Notes: generated by a model from the sequence alone, not told the origin. Positions 12,045-19,982 are shown, counted from the first letter of the stretch. The stretch: 24,000 nucleotides of DNA from Chloroflexota bacterium (GCA_016876015.1 VGOD01000006.1:4920-28919), one strand, 5' to 3'. Made by a program: numbers and translations.

Positions 12045-12881
12045 TTGAAAGACGCAGACTCGACCGGTCGACATGGCGAAGTACTGATCGGCATTATGAA
12101 CCGGAAGGCCGACTTCGAGATTTTGCAGGAGGAGCTTTGGTATCGAATCCCGGTTAAAAGCCGACCGCGAGCCTGGCCCCCGGACTGGCTGGCTATCTAT
12201 CATACGAGCGTTTTTGGCGCAGACAGATACACTGTGCAGTACTACGGCCGTGTGAGGCGGATTGAGCGTGCTTTGCGTCGAGATATTTTTCCGGCCGAAA
12301 CGCCGAACCTGAAATCCGATCGAGAATACTACCAGATTCATCTTCATCAGCTGGAGCGTCTGCGCATCCCTATTGTAAGTGCAAAACCCCGGCGCAATCC
12401 CTTCATCGCCACAACCTGGTGCAAGTTCATGGAAGCTGGGGGGATCAACGATTTGTTCGATGAAAGCCCACTGGAAGATCAATTATGGGGGGAACTGAAG
12501 GCGCGCCAGATTCCGGCTGAACGCCAATGGGAGGTTGAGGCGGGAGGTAAGCGATACTATTTGGATTTTGCTCTTTTGTGCAGAGAGGGCAAGGTTGATG
12601 TGGAAACGGACGGAGACACCTGGCACAAAAGTCGTACCAGACAGGATAACGAGCGCAACAACGCGGTGACGTCCGCGGGATGGCACGTTCTGCGCTTCAA
12701 TACGCAGCAGATACGAGAAGCAGCAGGCACGTACTGTATTTCCCAGATTGAAACAACGATTAGGACTTTGGGGGGCTTGCAAGAAGAAACACTGGCACCG
12801 CGGCTGTTTTATGAGTTGCCCGAAGGTCCTGCCCAACAACTTGCTCTCTTTGAAGAGGGCCCTTCGTATGATTTGGACTGA
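12045..12881 (+). CDS. Fusion protein: an uncharacterised N-terminal domain plus a C-terminal DUF559/Vsr-like (PD-(D/E)xK fold) endonuclease domain
   Basis: 278 aa. A TTG start at 12045 has GGAG 6 nt upstream; an alternative ATG lies at 12096. The C-terminus YYLDFALLCREGKVDVETDGDTWH...RDNERNNAVTSAGWHVLRFNTQQI fits the DUF559 pattern (LDF...IEVDGxxH...D..R...L...GW.VLRF). The gene is visibly lower in GC than its neighbours. Confidence 0.7.
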   Translation: MKDADSTGRHGEVLIGIMNRKADFEILQEELWYRIPVKSRPRAWPPDWLAIYHTSVFGADRYTVQYYGRVRRIERALRRDIFPAETPNLKSDREYYQIHLHQLERLRIPIVSAKPRRNPFIATTWCKFMEAGGINDLFDESPLEDQLWGELKARQIPAERQWEVEAGGKRYYLDFALLCREGKVDVETDGDTWHKSRTRQDNERNNAVTSAGWHVLRFNTQQIREAAGTYCISQIETTIRTLGGLQEETLAPRLFYELPEGPAQQLALFEEGPSYDLD

Positions 12882-13078
12882 TGCTTCTCGGTGAGCGCGG
12901 TCAAGCAGTCTTGATTCCATTTGCTTTGACCCTTCTCAAAGTGGTAAGATCGAGTTGGCAATGATGAAAAAGCCCAAGACAGCGTTTCGTCAAGTGTCTC
13001 ACCAACCAGGGTGACAGCTTTTCTTTGACGCCCGGCTAGTTTTATCGCCTCCTTCCCGATAAGGCGGAGGCGCACGGC

Positions 13079-13303
13079 ATGTTGCGCGTAGTGGATAAAA
13101 CCGGTGAAGATTATCTGTTCGATGCCGGCTTGTTCGAGGAAGTGAACGACCTTTCCGGTTGGCTGGCTGATTTGTCAGTCAGTGTTACCGTGCCGATGAA
13201 GGCCGCCCTCTATCAGAGGGCCAGTCAGCGCGGGATCAGCATGCCTGCGTTGCTGCGCGAGTGGCTGGATTTGCCTGTGACTGCTCTTGGAGGATCACAA
13301 TGA
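13079..13303 (+). CDS. Small protein with a C-terminal ribbon-helix-helix (CopG-like) motif
   Basis: 74 aa, with GGAGG 8 nt upstream. VTVPMKAALYQRASQRGISMPALLREWL resembles a beta-strand/helix/helix RHH unit. The stop overlaps the next start in ATGA at 13300-13303. Confidence 0.6.
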   Translation: MLRVVDKTGEDYLFDAGLFEEVNDLSGWLADLSVSVTVPMKAALYQRASQRGISMPALLREWLDLPVTALGGSQ

Positions 13304-13539
13304 CACTTTTCGATGGTTTGCGTCTGCTTCAACAGGGTCAGTGGGATGCTGCGCACCGCATCGCTCAGGCCGATGCGAGCCAGCCCGGTTCCTGGTTGCA
13401 CGGCATCGTGCATATGGCCGAGCCGGACGAGTCGAACTCTCATTACTGGTATCGCGCGGCGGGCCGGCCGTTCCCCGGCATGGCCGCGCTCCAGGCAGAG
13501 ATGGCCGCATTCGAGAAGGCGTGGCAAGCCGAACGGTAG
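13300..13539 (+). CDS. Hypothetical small helical protein (79 aa)
   Basis: I prefer ATG 13300, with GGAGGA at 13289-13294, over the GTG at 13261 in the track. Sequence: MTLFDGLRLLQQGQWDAAHRIAQADASQPGSWLHGIVHMAEPDESNSHYWYRAAGRPF... I recall this pattern as a conserved family of unknown function. Confidence 0.6.
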   Translation: MTLFDGLRLLQQGQWDAAHRIAQADASQPGSWLHGIVHMAEPDESNSHYWYRAAGRPFPGMAALQAEMAAFEKAWQAER

Positions 13540-13557
13540 TTTGGGCTTGAATTGGCG

Positions 13558-14262
13558 ATGAAAGAGCTACTTATGCTGCGACAACGAAACCACTTTCGCA
13601 CAGTGGTCGCCCTCTGCGCCCTGTTCGTGATATTGACCATCCCGGCGATGCTCATCTATCCGGGCGGGACGGTCAACGATCCGACGACCACGAGCTATTC
13701 CTTCTTCACGAACTTTTTCAGCGATCTCGGCCGCACCGTGACCCCGGCCGGGAAACCGAACACGACGGCGATGCTCCTGTTCACCGTCGCGCTGACATCC
13801 GCCGGCCTGGGTCTCGCCTTCTTCTTCATCATCTTTGCCGGGTTTCTGAGGCTGTCGAAGCTCGGCCGGGGCCTGTTGGTCATCGCTGCGCTGTTCGGCG
13901 TGGCCTCGGGCGTCTGCTTCGTCGGCGTCGCGTTCACTTCGGCGAACCTCTATCGCAGCTTGCACGGCGAGTTCGTGCGCTGGGCGTTCTATCTGTTCCT
14001 GGCAGCGGTCCTTTTCTGCATCCCGGCCACCCTGCTCGCCCCCGCCTATCCTCGGCGGCTGGCGCTGGTCTTCGTGGCCTTCGCGCTCTTGCTGGCGGGC
14101 TACATCATCCTGCTCACCACCGGGCCAAAGGCGAGCACCCCGCAAGGGCTGCTGATCCAGGCGACGGGCCAAAAGGTGATCGCGTACGCATCGGTCCTCA
14201 CCGTGCTGATCCAGGCGCTGGGGGCGCAGCGGCTCAGCGGGCGGATTCAGGCGGACGGCTAG
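13558..14262 (+). CDS. Multi-pass membrane protein, possibly DUF998-like
   Basis: At least five hydrophobic segments. The FFSDLGRT motif after the first TM segment is reminiscent of DUF998. ATG 13558 is chosen over the TTG at 13552. Confidence 0.65.
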   Translation: MKELLMLRQRNHFRTVVALCALFVILTIPAMLIYPGGTVNDPTTTSYSFFTNFFSDLGRTVTPAGKPNTTAMLLFTVALTSAGLGLAFFFIIFAGFLRLSKLGRGLLVIAALFGVASGVCFVGVAFTSANLYRSLHGEFVRWAFYLFLAAVLFCIPATLLAPAYPRRLALVFVAFALLLAGYIILLTTGPKASTPQGLLIQATGQKVIAYASVLTVLIQALGAQRLSGRIQADG

Positions 14263-14275
14263 GGGGCAGCGAGCG

Positions 14276-14791
14276 ATGCGTCCGTCACGTATTCTGCTCA
14301 TCCTGTGCATCCTGTTGGCGTTGTGGCAGGCCGTGCATTACGCGCCGTTGCTGCCGGAGCGGGTCGCGTCGCACTTCGACGCCGCGGGCCGGGCGGACGG
14401 CTGGTCGCCCAAAGGCGATTTCTTCGCGCTCAACCTGGCGTTCGCGGTTGGGATGGCGCTGCTGTTCCTGGGGTTGAGCGCCTGGTTGGCGAAAATTCCT
14501 ATCGAGTGGATCAGCCTGCCGCACAAGGATTATTGGCTGGCGCCCGAACGCCGGGCTGCAACCCTCCAAACGCTCCAGCAGCAGATGGAGTGGCTGGCCG
14601 CGGCCACGGTGGCGTTGTTGGTGGGCATCACCCAACTCACAATCGAAGCCAACCTCGCCGGAGGACAGGCGTGGCCGCAAGACACTTTCTGGCTGTTGTT
14701 CGGCGGCTATATGGCATTCTTTGTCGTCTGGCTGGTGTGGCTGTTGCGCAAGTGGTATGCGCGGCCTGCACAAGGAGCTGACACCCCATGA
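14276..14791 (+). CDS. Membrane protein with an N-terminal DUF1648-like domain
   Basis: 171 aa. A TM helix is followed by LPERVASHFDAAGRADGWSPK, the DUF1648/SdpI-like signature as I recall it, and then three more hydrophobic segments. Confidence 0.65.
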   Translation: MRPSRILLILCILLALWQAVHYAPLLPERVASHFDAAGRADGWSPKGDFFALNLAFAVGMALLFLGLSAWLAKIPIEWISLPHKDYWLAPERRAATLQTLQQQMEWLAAATVALLVGITQLTIEANLAGGQAWPQDTFWLLFGGYMAFFVVWLVWLLRKWYARPAQGADTP

Positions 14792-15678
14792 CCAACACCC
14801 TCATGTCCGGCAAAACGTGCCTCATCACTGGCGCGACGGCGGGCATCGGGCTGGCGACGGCTGCGGCGCTGGCCCGGCAGGGCGCGACCGTGATCGGCGT
14901 GGGCCGCGATGCGGCGAAATGCGCCGAAGTGCAGGCCCGGCTCAGACAGGCGGCCGGCGCCCCCGCGGTTACGTACCTGACCGCCGACCTGGCCAGCCTG
15001 GCCGAGGTGCGCCGTTTGGCCGGCGCGTTCACCGCAACCTATCCGCGGCTGGACGTGCTGGTGAACAACGTCGGCGCGTTCTACATGGGGCGCCGCCTCA
15101 GCGCGGATGGCATCGAGATGACCTGGGCGCTCAACTACCTGGGCGTCTGCCTGCTGACGGATTTGTTGCTGCCGGCGCTCAAGACCAGCGCGCCGGCGCT
15201 CAAGACCAGCGCGCCGGCGCGCATCGTCACCATTTCATCCGACATGCACCGTTCGGCCCGGCTCAACTTCGACGATCTGCAAGGCGCGCGGCAGTTCAGC
15301 GGCATGAAGGCCTACGGCCAGTCCAAGCTGGCGCAGGTGATGTGGACGTATGATCTGGCCCGGCGGCTGGCGGGGACGGGCGTGACGGCCAACGCATTGC
15401 ATCCGGGCTTCGTCGCCAGCGATCTGTACCAAACCAGCTTCGGCAATCGCAAGTGGCTGTCGGCCCTGCTCAAGCTGATCGCCCTGAGCAACGAGCAGGG
15501 CGCGGCGACCAGTGTATACCTGGCAAGCTCGCCGGAGGTCGAAGGGGTCACGGGCCAGTACTTCGCCAAGAAGAAAGCCGTGCGCTCCTCGGCCGCGTCG
15601 TATGATTCCGCAGCGACCGCGCGGCTGATGGAGATCACGGCGGGGATGGTGGAATCAGGCGCGGTGGCTTCCCGGTGA
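14788..15678 (+). CDS. Short-chain dehydrogenase/reductase (classical SDR, retinol-dehydrogenase-like)
   Basis: The start overlaps the previous stop in ATGA. The Rossmann motif is CLITGATAGIGLATA, followed by NNVG. The catalytic S...YxxxK motif is present (ISSDMH...YGQSKLAQV), as is the HPGFVASD region. Confidence 0.9.
   Translation: MTNTLMSGKTCLITGATAGIGLATAAALARQGATVIGVGRDAAKCAEVQARLRQAAGAPAVTYLTADLASLAEVRRLAGAFTATYPRLDVLVNNVGAFYMGRRLSADGIEMTWALNYLGVCLLTDLLLPALKTSAPALKTSAPARIVTISSDMHRSARLNFDDLQGARQFSGMKAYGQSKLAQVMWTYDLARRLAGTGVTANALHPGFVASDLYQTSFGNRKWLSALLKLIALSNEQGAATSVYLASSPEVEGVTGQYFAKKKAVRSSAASYDSAATARLMEITAGMVESGAVASR
15171..15220 (+). repeat. Perfect 21-bp tandem duplication (about 2.4 copies) inside the SDR gene
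   Basis: GCCGGCGCTCAAGACCAGCGC occurs at 15171-15191 and again at 15192-15212, followed by the partial copy GCCGGCGC. It is in frame and encodes ALKTSAP-ALKTSAP just before the conserved RIVTISS strand. Confidence 0.95.
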
Positions 15679-16409
15679 TGGATCGTGGCCTGGTTTCCCT
15701 GTTGGATGGCGTGGCCCTGATCGGCGCGATGCGGGAGGATATGATTGCGTTCCTCCGGCGTCACGAGTGTCTGCACACGGTCGGACACTGCTTGCGCGTC
15801 GCTGCTGAGGCGAAAACGCTGGCCCTGTGTTTCGACGCCGACCCCGCGGGGGCGGAGATCGCGGGCTGGCTTCACGACATCAGCGTGGTGATCCCCAACG
15901 ACCAACGCGTGGCCCTGGCCGAGCAGCTCGGCCTCGCTATCCTCCCCGAAGAACGCCAGTTGCCGATGATCCTCCATCAGAAGCTCTCGGCGATCTTCGC
16001 ACGTGATCTGTTCGGCATCCACGATCCGGCCATCCTGAACGCCATCGGCTGCCACACCACTCTGCGGCCGGCCGCGAGCCGACTGGACAAGGTGGTGTTT
16101 CTCGCGGATAAGATCGCGTGGGATCAGCCGGGCCAGCCGCCCTACTTGGCCGAGGTCAACGTTGGGCTGCAATGTTCGCTCGACCAGGCCGTGTTTGGCT
16201 ACGTTGACTGGCTGTGGCGACGGCGCGAGACCCTGCCCGTGGTGCATCCGTGGCTTGCCGCGGCCTATGCGGAACTGTCGGGTGGGTCGCATCGCGCCGG
16301 TTGGGATGAACGATTTCAGGCGATGAGTGCGGCCGGCGATGATCGCCTACTCGATCCTGAAAGCGGCAGCCTGACCCGATGGGATGCAAACGATTGGGAA
16401 TGGTCTTGA
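15675..16409 (+). CDS. HD-domain metal-dependent phosphohydrolase (YqeK-like)
   Basis: 244 aa. H...HD motifs are present (LHTVGHCLRVA, AGWLHDIS), then GCHTT and FLADKIAWDQ. The start (GTG 15675 or ATG 15678) overlaps the SDR stop. Confidence 0.8.
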   Translation: MMDRGLVSLLDGVALIGAMREDMIAFLRRHECLHTVGHCLRVAAEAKTLALCFDADPAGAEIAGWLHDISVVIPNDQRVALAEQLGLAILPEERQLPMILHQKLSAIFARDLFGIHDPAILNAIGCHTTLRPAASRLDKVVFLADKIAWDQPGQPPYLAEVNVGLQCSLDQAVFGYVDWLWRRRETLPVVHPWLAAAYAELSGGSHRAGWDERFQAMSAAGDDRLLDPESGSLTRWDANDWEWS

Positions 16410-17028
16410 ATTGTTAGATGCTCTGGCTCTCCCCTACGCCCTCGCCGACCTGACCGCCCGCGACCCGCGGCTGGCCCGCATCGTGGCCGATTTCGGCCCG
16501 CCGCCGCTTTGGGCGCGCGCGCCGGGCTTCCCTACGCTGCTGCACATCATCCTGGAGCAGCAGGTGTCGTTGGCGTCGGCGAAGGCTGCCTACGATCGCT
16601 TGCTGGCCATCGCGACGCCGTTGACGCCGGCGCGCTTTCTCGCATTGGATGACGCGACCCTCAAGGCGGTCGGGTTCAGCCGCCAGAAGGTCCGCTATGG
16701 TCGCGAGCTGGCGCGGGCGATTGAGGAGGGCCGCCTCGAGTTGGCCGGGCTGGCGACCATGGACGACGATGCGGCGCGCGCAGAGCTGGTCAAGGTGATC
16801 GGCATCGGCCGCTGGACGGCCGACATCTATCTGCTGATGGCGCTTGGCCGGCCCGATGTCTGGCCGGTTGGCGATCTGGCGCTGGCGACCGCTGCGCGCG
16901 ACGTGCTCGACCTGCCCACCGCGCCGCCGCCGGCCGAGCTGGCCGCGATCGGTGAGGCGTGGCGACCGTGGCGGGCCGTCGCCGCGCGCATACTGTGGCA
17001 TCACTATCTCAGCGCGAGCACAAAATGA
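16384..17028 (+). CDS. HhH-GPD superfamily DNA glycosylase (DNA-3-methyladenine glycosylase II / AlkA-like, short form)
   Basis: 214 aa. Supporting segments: LLHIILEQQVSLASAKAAYDRL, GFSRQKVRYGRELA, and the HhH element with catalytic Asp region VIGIGRWTADIYLLMALGRPDVWPVGDLAL. The start is uncertain because 16384 overlaps the HD gene by 26 nt. Confidence 0.85.
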   Translation: MQTIGNGLELLDALALPYALADLTARDPRLARIVADFGPPPLWARAPGFPTLLHIILEQQVSLASAKAAYDRLLAIATPLTPARFLALDDATLKAVGFSRQKVRYGRELARAIEEGRLELAGLATMDDDAARAELVKVIGIGRWTADIYLLMALGRPDVWPVGDLALATAARDVLDLPTAPPPAELAAIGEAWRPWRAVAARILWHHYLSASTK

Positions 17029-18395
17029 ATCCTGCACAGCTCAGCTTCGTGATTCTTGTCCTGTCAGGGATGGCGATCCTGCTCGGCTTCGCCGCGTTCG
17101 GCGTCCAGAGCCTGCGCGAGCGCGAGCCGCGCGCGGCCCGCATTGCGTTGGCCCTGGCGATGATCGGACCGTTGATCGTCGCCCTCGCGCTGCTGGCGCC
17201 CCCGCTCGGCAGGCTGCTCCTGCTCGGCATCCTCGGCGCCGGCGCGACGGCCGCGATGGTTTTGTTTCTGTGGCCCATCGGCCGGATCGCGGCCGGCCGC
17301 GAGACGCCGACGATCCGCTTCGACGAGCGCGACATCATGTTCGCGCGGGCGCGGCTGAAGCCGGGCACGCCGCAGCACGCGGCATACTACGCGCTGCGTC
17401 CCGCCAACCGGGCCGTGGATGACGAGATTCGCAAGCTGCCCGGCTTGCTCGCGGCGCACGCTAAGAAAGCCCATCCGTTGCACTTCGCAACGGCGGCCGC
17501 GTGCTTCACCGTGCCGGCCGCGCTGCGCGAGTGGGTGGACGGCCAGATAGCAGGCACGGCCAGAGAATTCGAGCCGGCCCGTATCACCGCCTATCTGAAG
17601 GGGCTGACGCGCTACTTCGGGGCCAGGGCTGTCGGGGTCGCAGAGCTTCGACCCTATCACGTCTACTCGCACATCGGCCGTGGGAGCGGCGAATACGGCG
17701 CGGCGATCCAACTCGATCACCGCTATGCCATCGCCTTCACTGTGGAGATGGATTACGACATGGTCGGCCCCGCGCCCGCGGCCGTGGAAATGGTGGAGAC
17801 CGCTAAACAATACTCCGAGGCCGCGCAGATTGCCGTGCAACTGGCCGCGCTGATCCGCTCGTTGGGCTATCCTGCCCGCGCTCACATTGACGGCAACTAC
17901 CGCGTCATCGCGCCGCTGGTGGCCCGCGATGCTGGACTGGGCGAGATCGGCCGGATGGGACTGGTGATGACGTCTGATCTTGGCCCGCGCGTCCGGCTGG
18001 GCGTGGTGACGACCGATCTGCCGCTGATCCCGGATGCAGCCAGCCCAGACACGTCGGTGCTGGATTTCTGCCGCATCTGCAAGAAGTGCGCCGAGAATTG
18101 CCCCAGCCGCTCGATCCCCTTCGACGACCGCCGGGAGATCGAGGGCGCGCTCCGCTGGCAGATTGATGCGGTAAGCTGCTTTCGGTATTGGAACGTCATC
18201 GGCGCGGATTGCGGCCGCTGTCTGACGGTCTGCCCCTATTCGCATCCTGCCAACCTGGCGCACAATGGGGTGCGGTGGGCGATTCGGCGCTCTGGCTTTG
18301 CGCGGCGCGCTGCGCTGTGGCTGGATGACCTGTTCTATGGCCGCAACCCCGCGCCGCGACCCGCGCCGGGCTGGACCGCGGCCGCCGACCGGTAG
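17025..18395 (+). CDS. Membrane-anchored RdhA/QueG-superfamily Fe-S protein (reductive-dehalogenase-like)
   Basis: I prefer ATG 17025, which forms an ATGA overlap with the glycosylase stop, over the track start at 16959. The N-terminus has about three TM helices. The core includes ELRPYHVYSH and ARDAGLGEIGRMGLVMT. Two C-terminal ferredoxin-type motifs are present: CRICKKCAENCP and C-x(10)-CGRCLTVCPY. Confidence 0.7.
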   Translation: MNPAQLSFVILVLSGMAILLGFAAFGVQSLREREPRAARIALALAMIGPLIVALALLAPPLGRLLLLGILGAGATAAMVLFLWPIGRIAAGRETPTIRFDERDIMFARARLKPGTPQHAAYYALRPANRAVDDEIRKLPGLLAAHAKKAHPLHFATAAACFTVPAALREWVDGQIAGTAREFEPARITAYLKGLTRYFGARAVGVAELRPYHVYSHIGRGSGEYGAAIQLDHRYAIAFTVEMDYDMVGPAPAAVEMVETAKQYSEAAQIAVQLAALIRSLGYPARAHIDGNYRVIAPLVARDAGLGEIGRMGLVMTSDLGPRVRLGVVTTDLPLIPDAASPDTSVLDFCRICKKCAENCPSRSIPFDDRREIEGALRWQIDAVSCFRYWNVIGADCGRCLTVCPYSHPANLAHNGVRWAIRRSGFARRAALWLDDLFYGRNPAPRPAPGWTAAADR

Positions 18396-18443
18396 AGGGC
18401 GCTGCGACGCTCAGCACACCGGATCATCGGTCTCTGAGGCGAC

Positions 18444-19163
18444 ATGCAAACGAATTGGGTGAACGGCTGGCGCGAGGTTTTGGCTCGCGTCTTCGCCGGT
18501 TTCGACATCGAGTATGGCCTGATCCCCGAATGGTTGGTAAACCCCGAGACCAACCGCCGGCTGAAGCTGGACTATTTCATGCCCGAGATCGCCGTGGCTG
18601 TGCGCTTTATCGGTTTGGAGGGGACGGCGCGCAAGCGGCGCAAAAGCGACGAGGAGCTGGCCGATGAGGCTGACCGCGAACAGGCGCGCGCGGATGTCTG
18701 TCGCGCACACGGGGTAGTGCTGGTGAGCATTGACCCCAACGGCGAGCCGGCCGTAGCTTTGCGTGGCCTGGAGATGGGGCTGGCGCGCGCCGCCTCGCAA
18801 CTGGCGCGCGGCGCGGCGACTCAGGCTGCAAAAAAACGCCTGATGCCGATGCTCAGCCAGGCCCGCCAGCGCGCCGGCGAGTTCACCACGCGGCTCACCA
18901 GCCCAGAGAGGCTGGGCCTGTATGCCGAGATGTGGTGGGAGCGGCAGGCCAGCCTGGCGACCCAGGCGCCGGCTGAGCGGTCGAGCGGGCCCATTCGCTC
19001 CTATCGGGTGGGGATGGCGGTGGAGCACACTCGCTTCGGTCCTGGCCAGATCATCGCGGTCGAGCCGGATGGCGGCGATGTGCAGGTGAAGGTCGTCTTC
19101 GAGGGGGGCGAGACGCGCAGCTTCTACGCCAGCCTGGCGCGGGATAAGCTGATCCCCTGCTGA
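18444..19163 (+). CDS. Hypothetical protein whose C-terminal ~55 aa resemble the Tudor-like beta-barrel at the end of UvrD/PcrA-type helicases (also known as DUF3553)
   Basis: 239 aa with GAGG upstream of the ATG. The C-terminus VGMAVEHTRFGPGQIIAVEPDGGDVQVKVVFEGGETRSFYASLARDKLIP fits the G..V.H..FG.G.V...V.F pattern. The N-terminal RRLKLDYFMPEIAVAVRFIG is faintly endonuclease-core-like. Confidence 0.6.
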   Translation: MQTNWVNGWREVLARVFAGFDIEYGLIPEWLVNPETNRRLKLDYFMPEIAVAVRFIGLEGTARKRRKSDEELADEADREQARADVCRAHGVVLVSIDPNGEPAVALRGLEMGLARAASQLARGAATQAAKKRLMPMLSQARQRAGEFTTRLTSPERLGLYAEMWWERQASLATQAPAERSSGPIRSYRVGMAVEHTRFGPGQIIAVEPDGGDVQVKVVFEGGETRSFYASLARDKLIPC

Positions 19164-19169
19164 ACGTGG

Positions 19170-19841
19170 CTAAGAATCCCTGGTTTCTGGCCGCCTGGCG
19201 CGCCGCGCCGGGTTGCGTTCCGCAAAACGTTGCGCCAGGGCGATGAAGTCTTCGGTCGCTCCAATAACCTGCCAGTCGAGCACACTGGTCAACTGCGTGT
19301 CAACGACCCCTGGCAGGGTGCGAATCCAACTCATCACGTAACCGGTGAGCGCGGTAGTGCGCTCACCCAGTAACAACACCTGGAGATCGGCGTCTGTGGA
19401 GTGATACAACTTCACCACCCACACGACCTCGACCTGCTGATGCGGCGGCAGGTGGGTCAACGCCTGATACACTTCGCGATCACGGCCCGGCTGCGACTTG
19501 ACTGTCACGGTCGCGGCCGCGCGGCGATCCCACACCGAGTTCTGCAGCGGCAAATCCATCAGCGCATCGCAGCGCACGCTGCCGTCGAAGGCGAGTTGTG
19601 CGGCCGTGCCGCGCACGCCAGGCACCGCGCGGATCACATCCACCAGGAAGTCGTCGAAGCGCATCAGGTCGTGCACCAGGCAGACCACGCGGAAGTCGGC
19701 GCGCTCGCGCAACCAGTTCACCCACAGCGGCGTGATACATTCGGTTTCTGAGTTTGCCAGGTTCTCCAGAAGACCCTCACGCACCGCCTCATCCTGACCT
19801 GCGAAGATGTCAATGTCAATGACCGCCAACGTCGGTTCCAT
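19170..19841 (-). CDS. Hypothetical protein with two Lrp/AsnC-type (RAM-like) ligand-binding-like repeats and no obvious HTH
   Basis: 223 aa. A minus-strand AGGAG sits 6 nt upstream of the ATG. The repeats are FLVDVIRAVPGVRGTAAQLAF and LTGYVMSWIRTLPGVVDTQLTSVLDW. The domain call is tentative. Confidence 0.55.
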   Translation of the reverse strand: MEPTLAVIDIDIFAGQDEAVREGLLENLANSETECITPLWVNWLRERADFRVVCLVHDLMRFDDFLVDVIRAVPGVRGTAAQLAFDGSVRCDALMDLPLQNSVWDRRAAATVTVKSQPGRDREVYQALTHLPPHQQVEVVWVVKLYHSTDADLQVLLLGERTTALTGYVMSWIRTLPGVVDTQLTSVLDWQVIGATEDFIALAQRFAERNPARRARRPETRDS

Positions 19842-19942
19842 GGGCAGCTCCTACGGCTTGATGCCCCTATCTTAGCATGAATCGCGGCGCGCGCCAAAGC
19901 CGTCACCTGACGCCGCGTCCTTTTTTCCGATGACCCAAAGAA

Positions 19943-19951
19943 TGCTATAAT
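19943..19951 (+). promoter_or_regulatory. Candidate extended -10 promoter (TGcTATAAT) for phoU
   Basis: TGC plus TATAAT at 19943-19951, about 30 nt upstream of the phoU GTG. No good -35 is visible; the region upstream is T-rich. Confidence 0.35.
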
Positions 19952-19982
19952 AGCTCACAGTCCGCGCGCGAGGAGTGCAGCA

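Noticed and set aside
12809-13075. 88-aa minus-strand ORF in the low-GC tail of the islet; considered as a transposase or toxin remnant
   Set aside because: It overlaps the 3' end of the endonuclease gene. I recognise no motif and see no ribosome-binding site. It may be a decayed gene fragment, but I cannot support that from the sequence alone.
16959-17024. Upstream extension of the RdhA-like ORF (track start 16959), and similarly 13261 for the 79-aa ORF
   Set aside because: The extensions lie inside the preceding genes. The internal ATGs give ATGA stop/start overlaps and sensible N-termini, namely a TM helix for the RdhA-like protein and a GGAGGA Shine-Dalgarno for the 79-aa ORF.
13567-18263. 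Minus-strand ORFs 13567-14310, 14285-14773, 15312-16292, 16414-17037 and 17064-18263
   Set aside because: They are antisense to the coupled six-gene plus-strand operon, whose products have clear TM, SDR, HD, HhH-GPD and Fe-S motifs. The minus-strand translations are Arg/Gly/Asp/His-rich without motifs.
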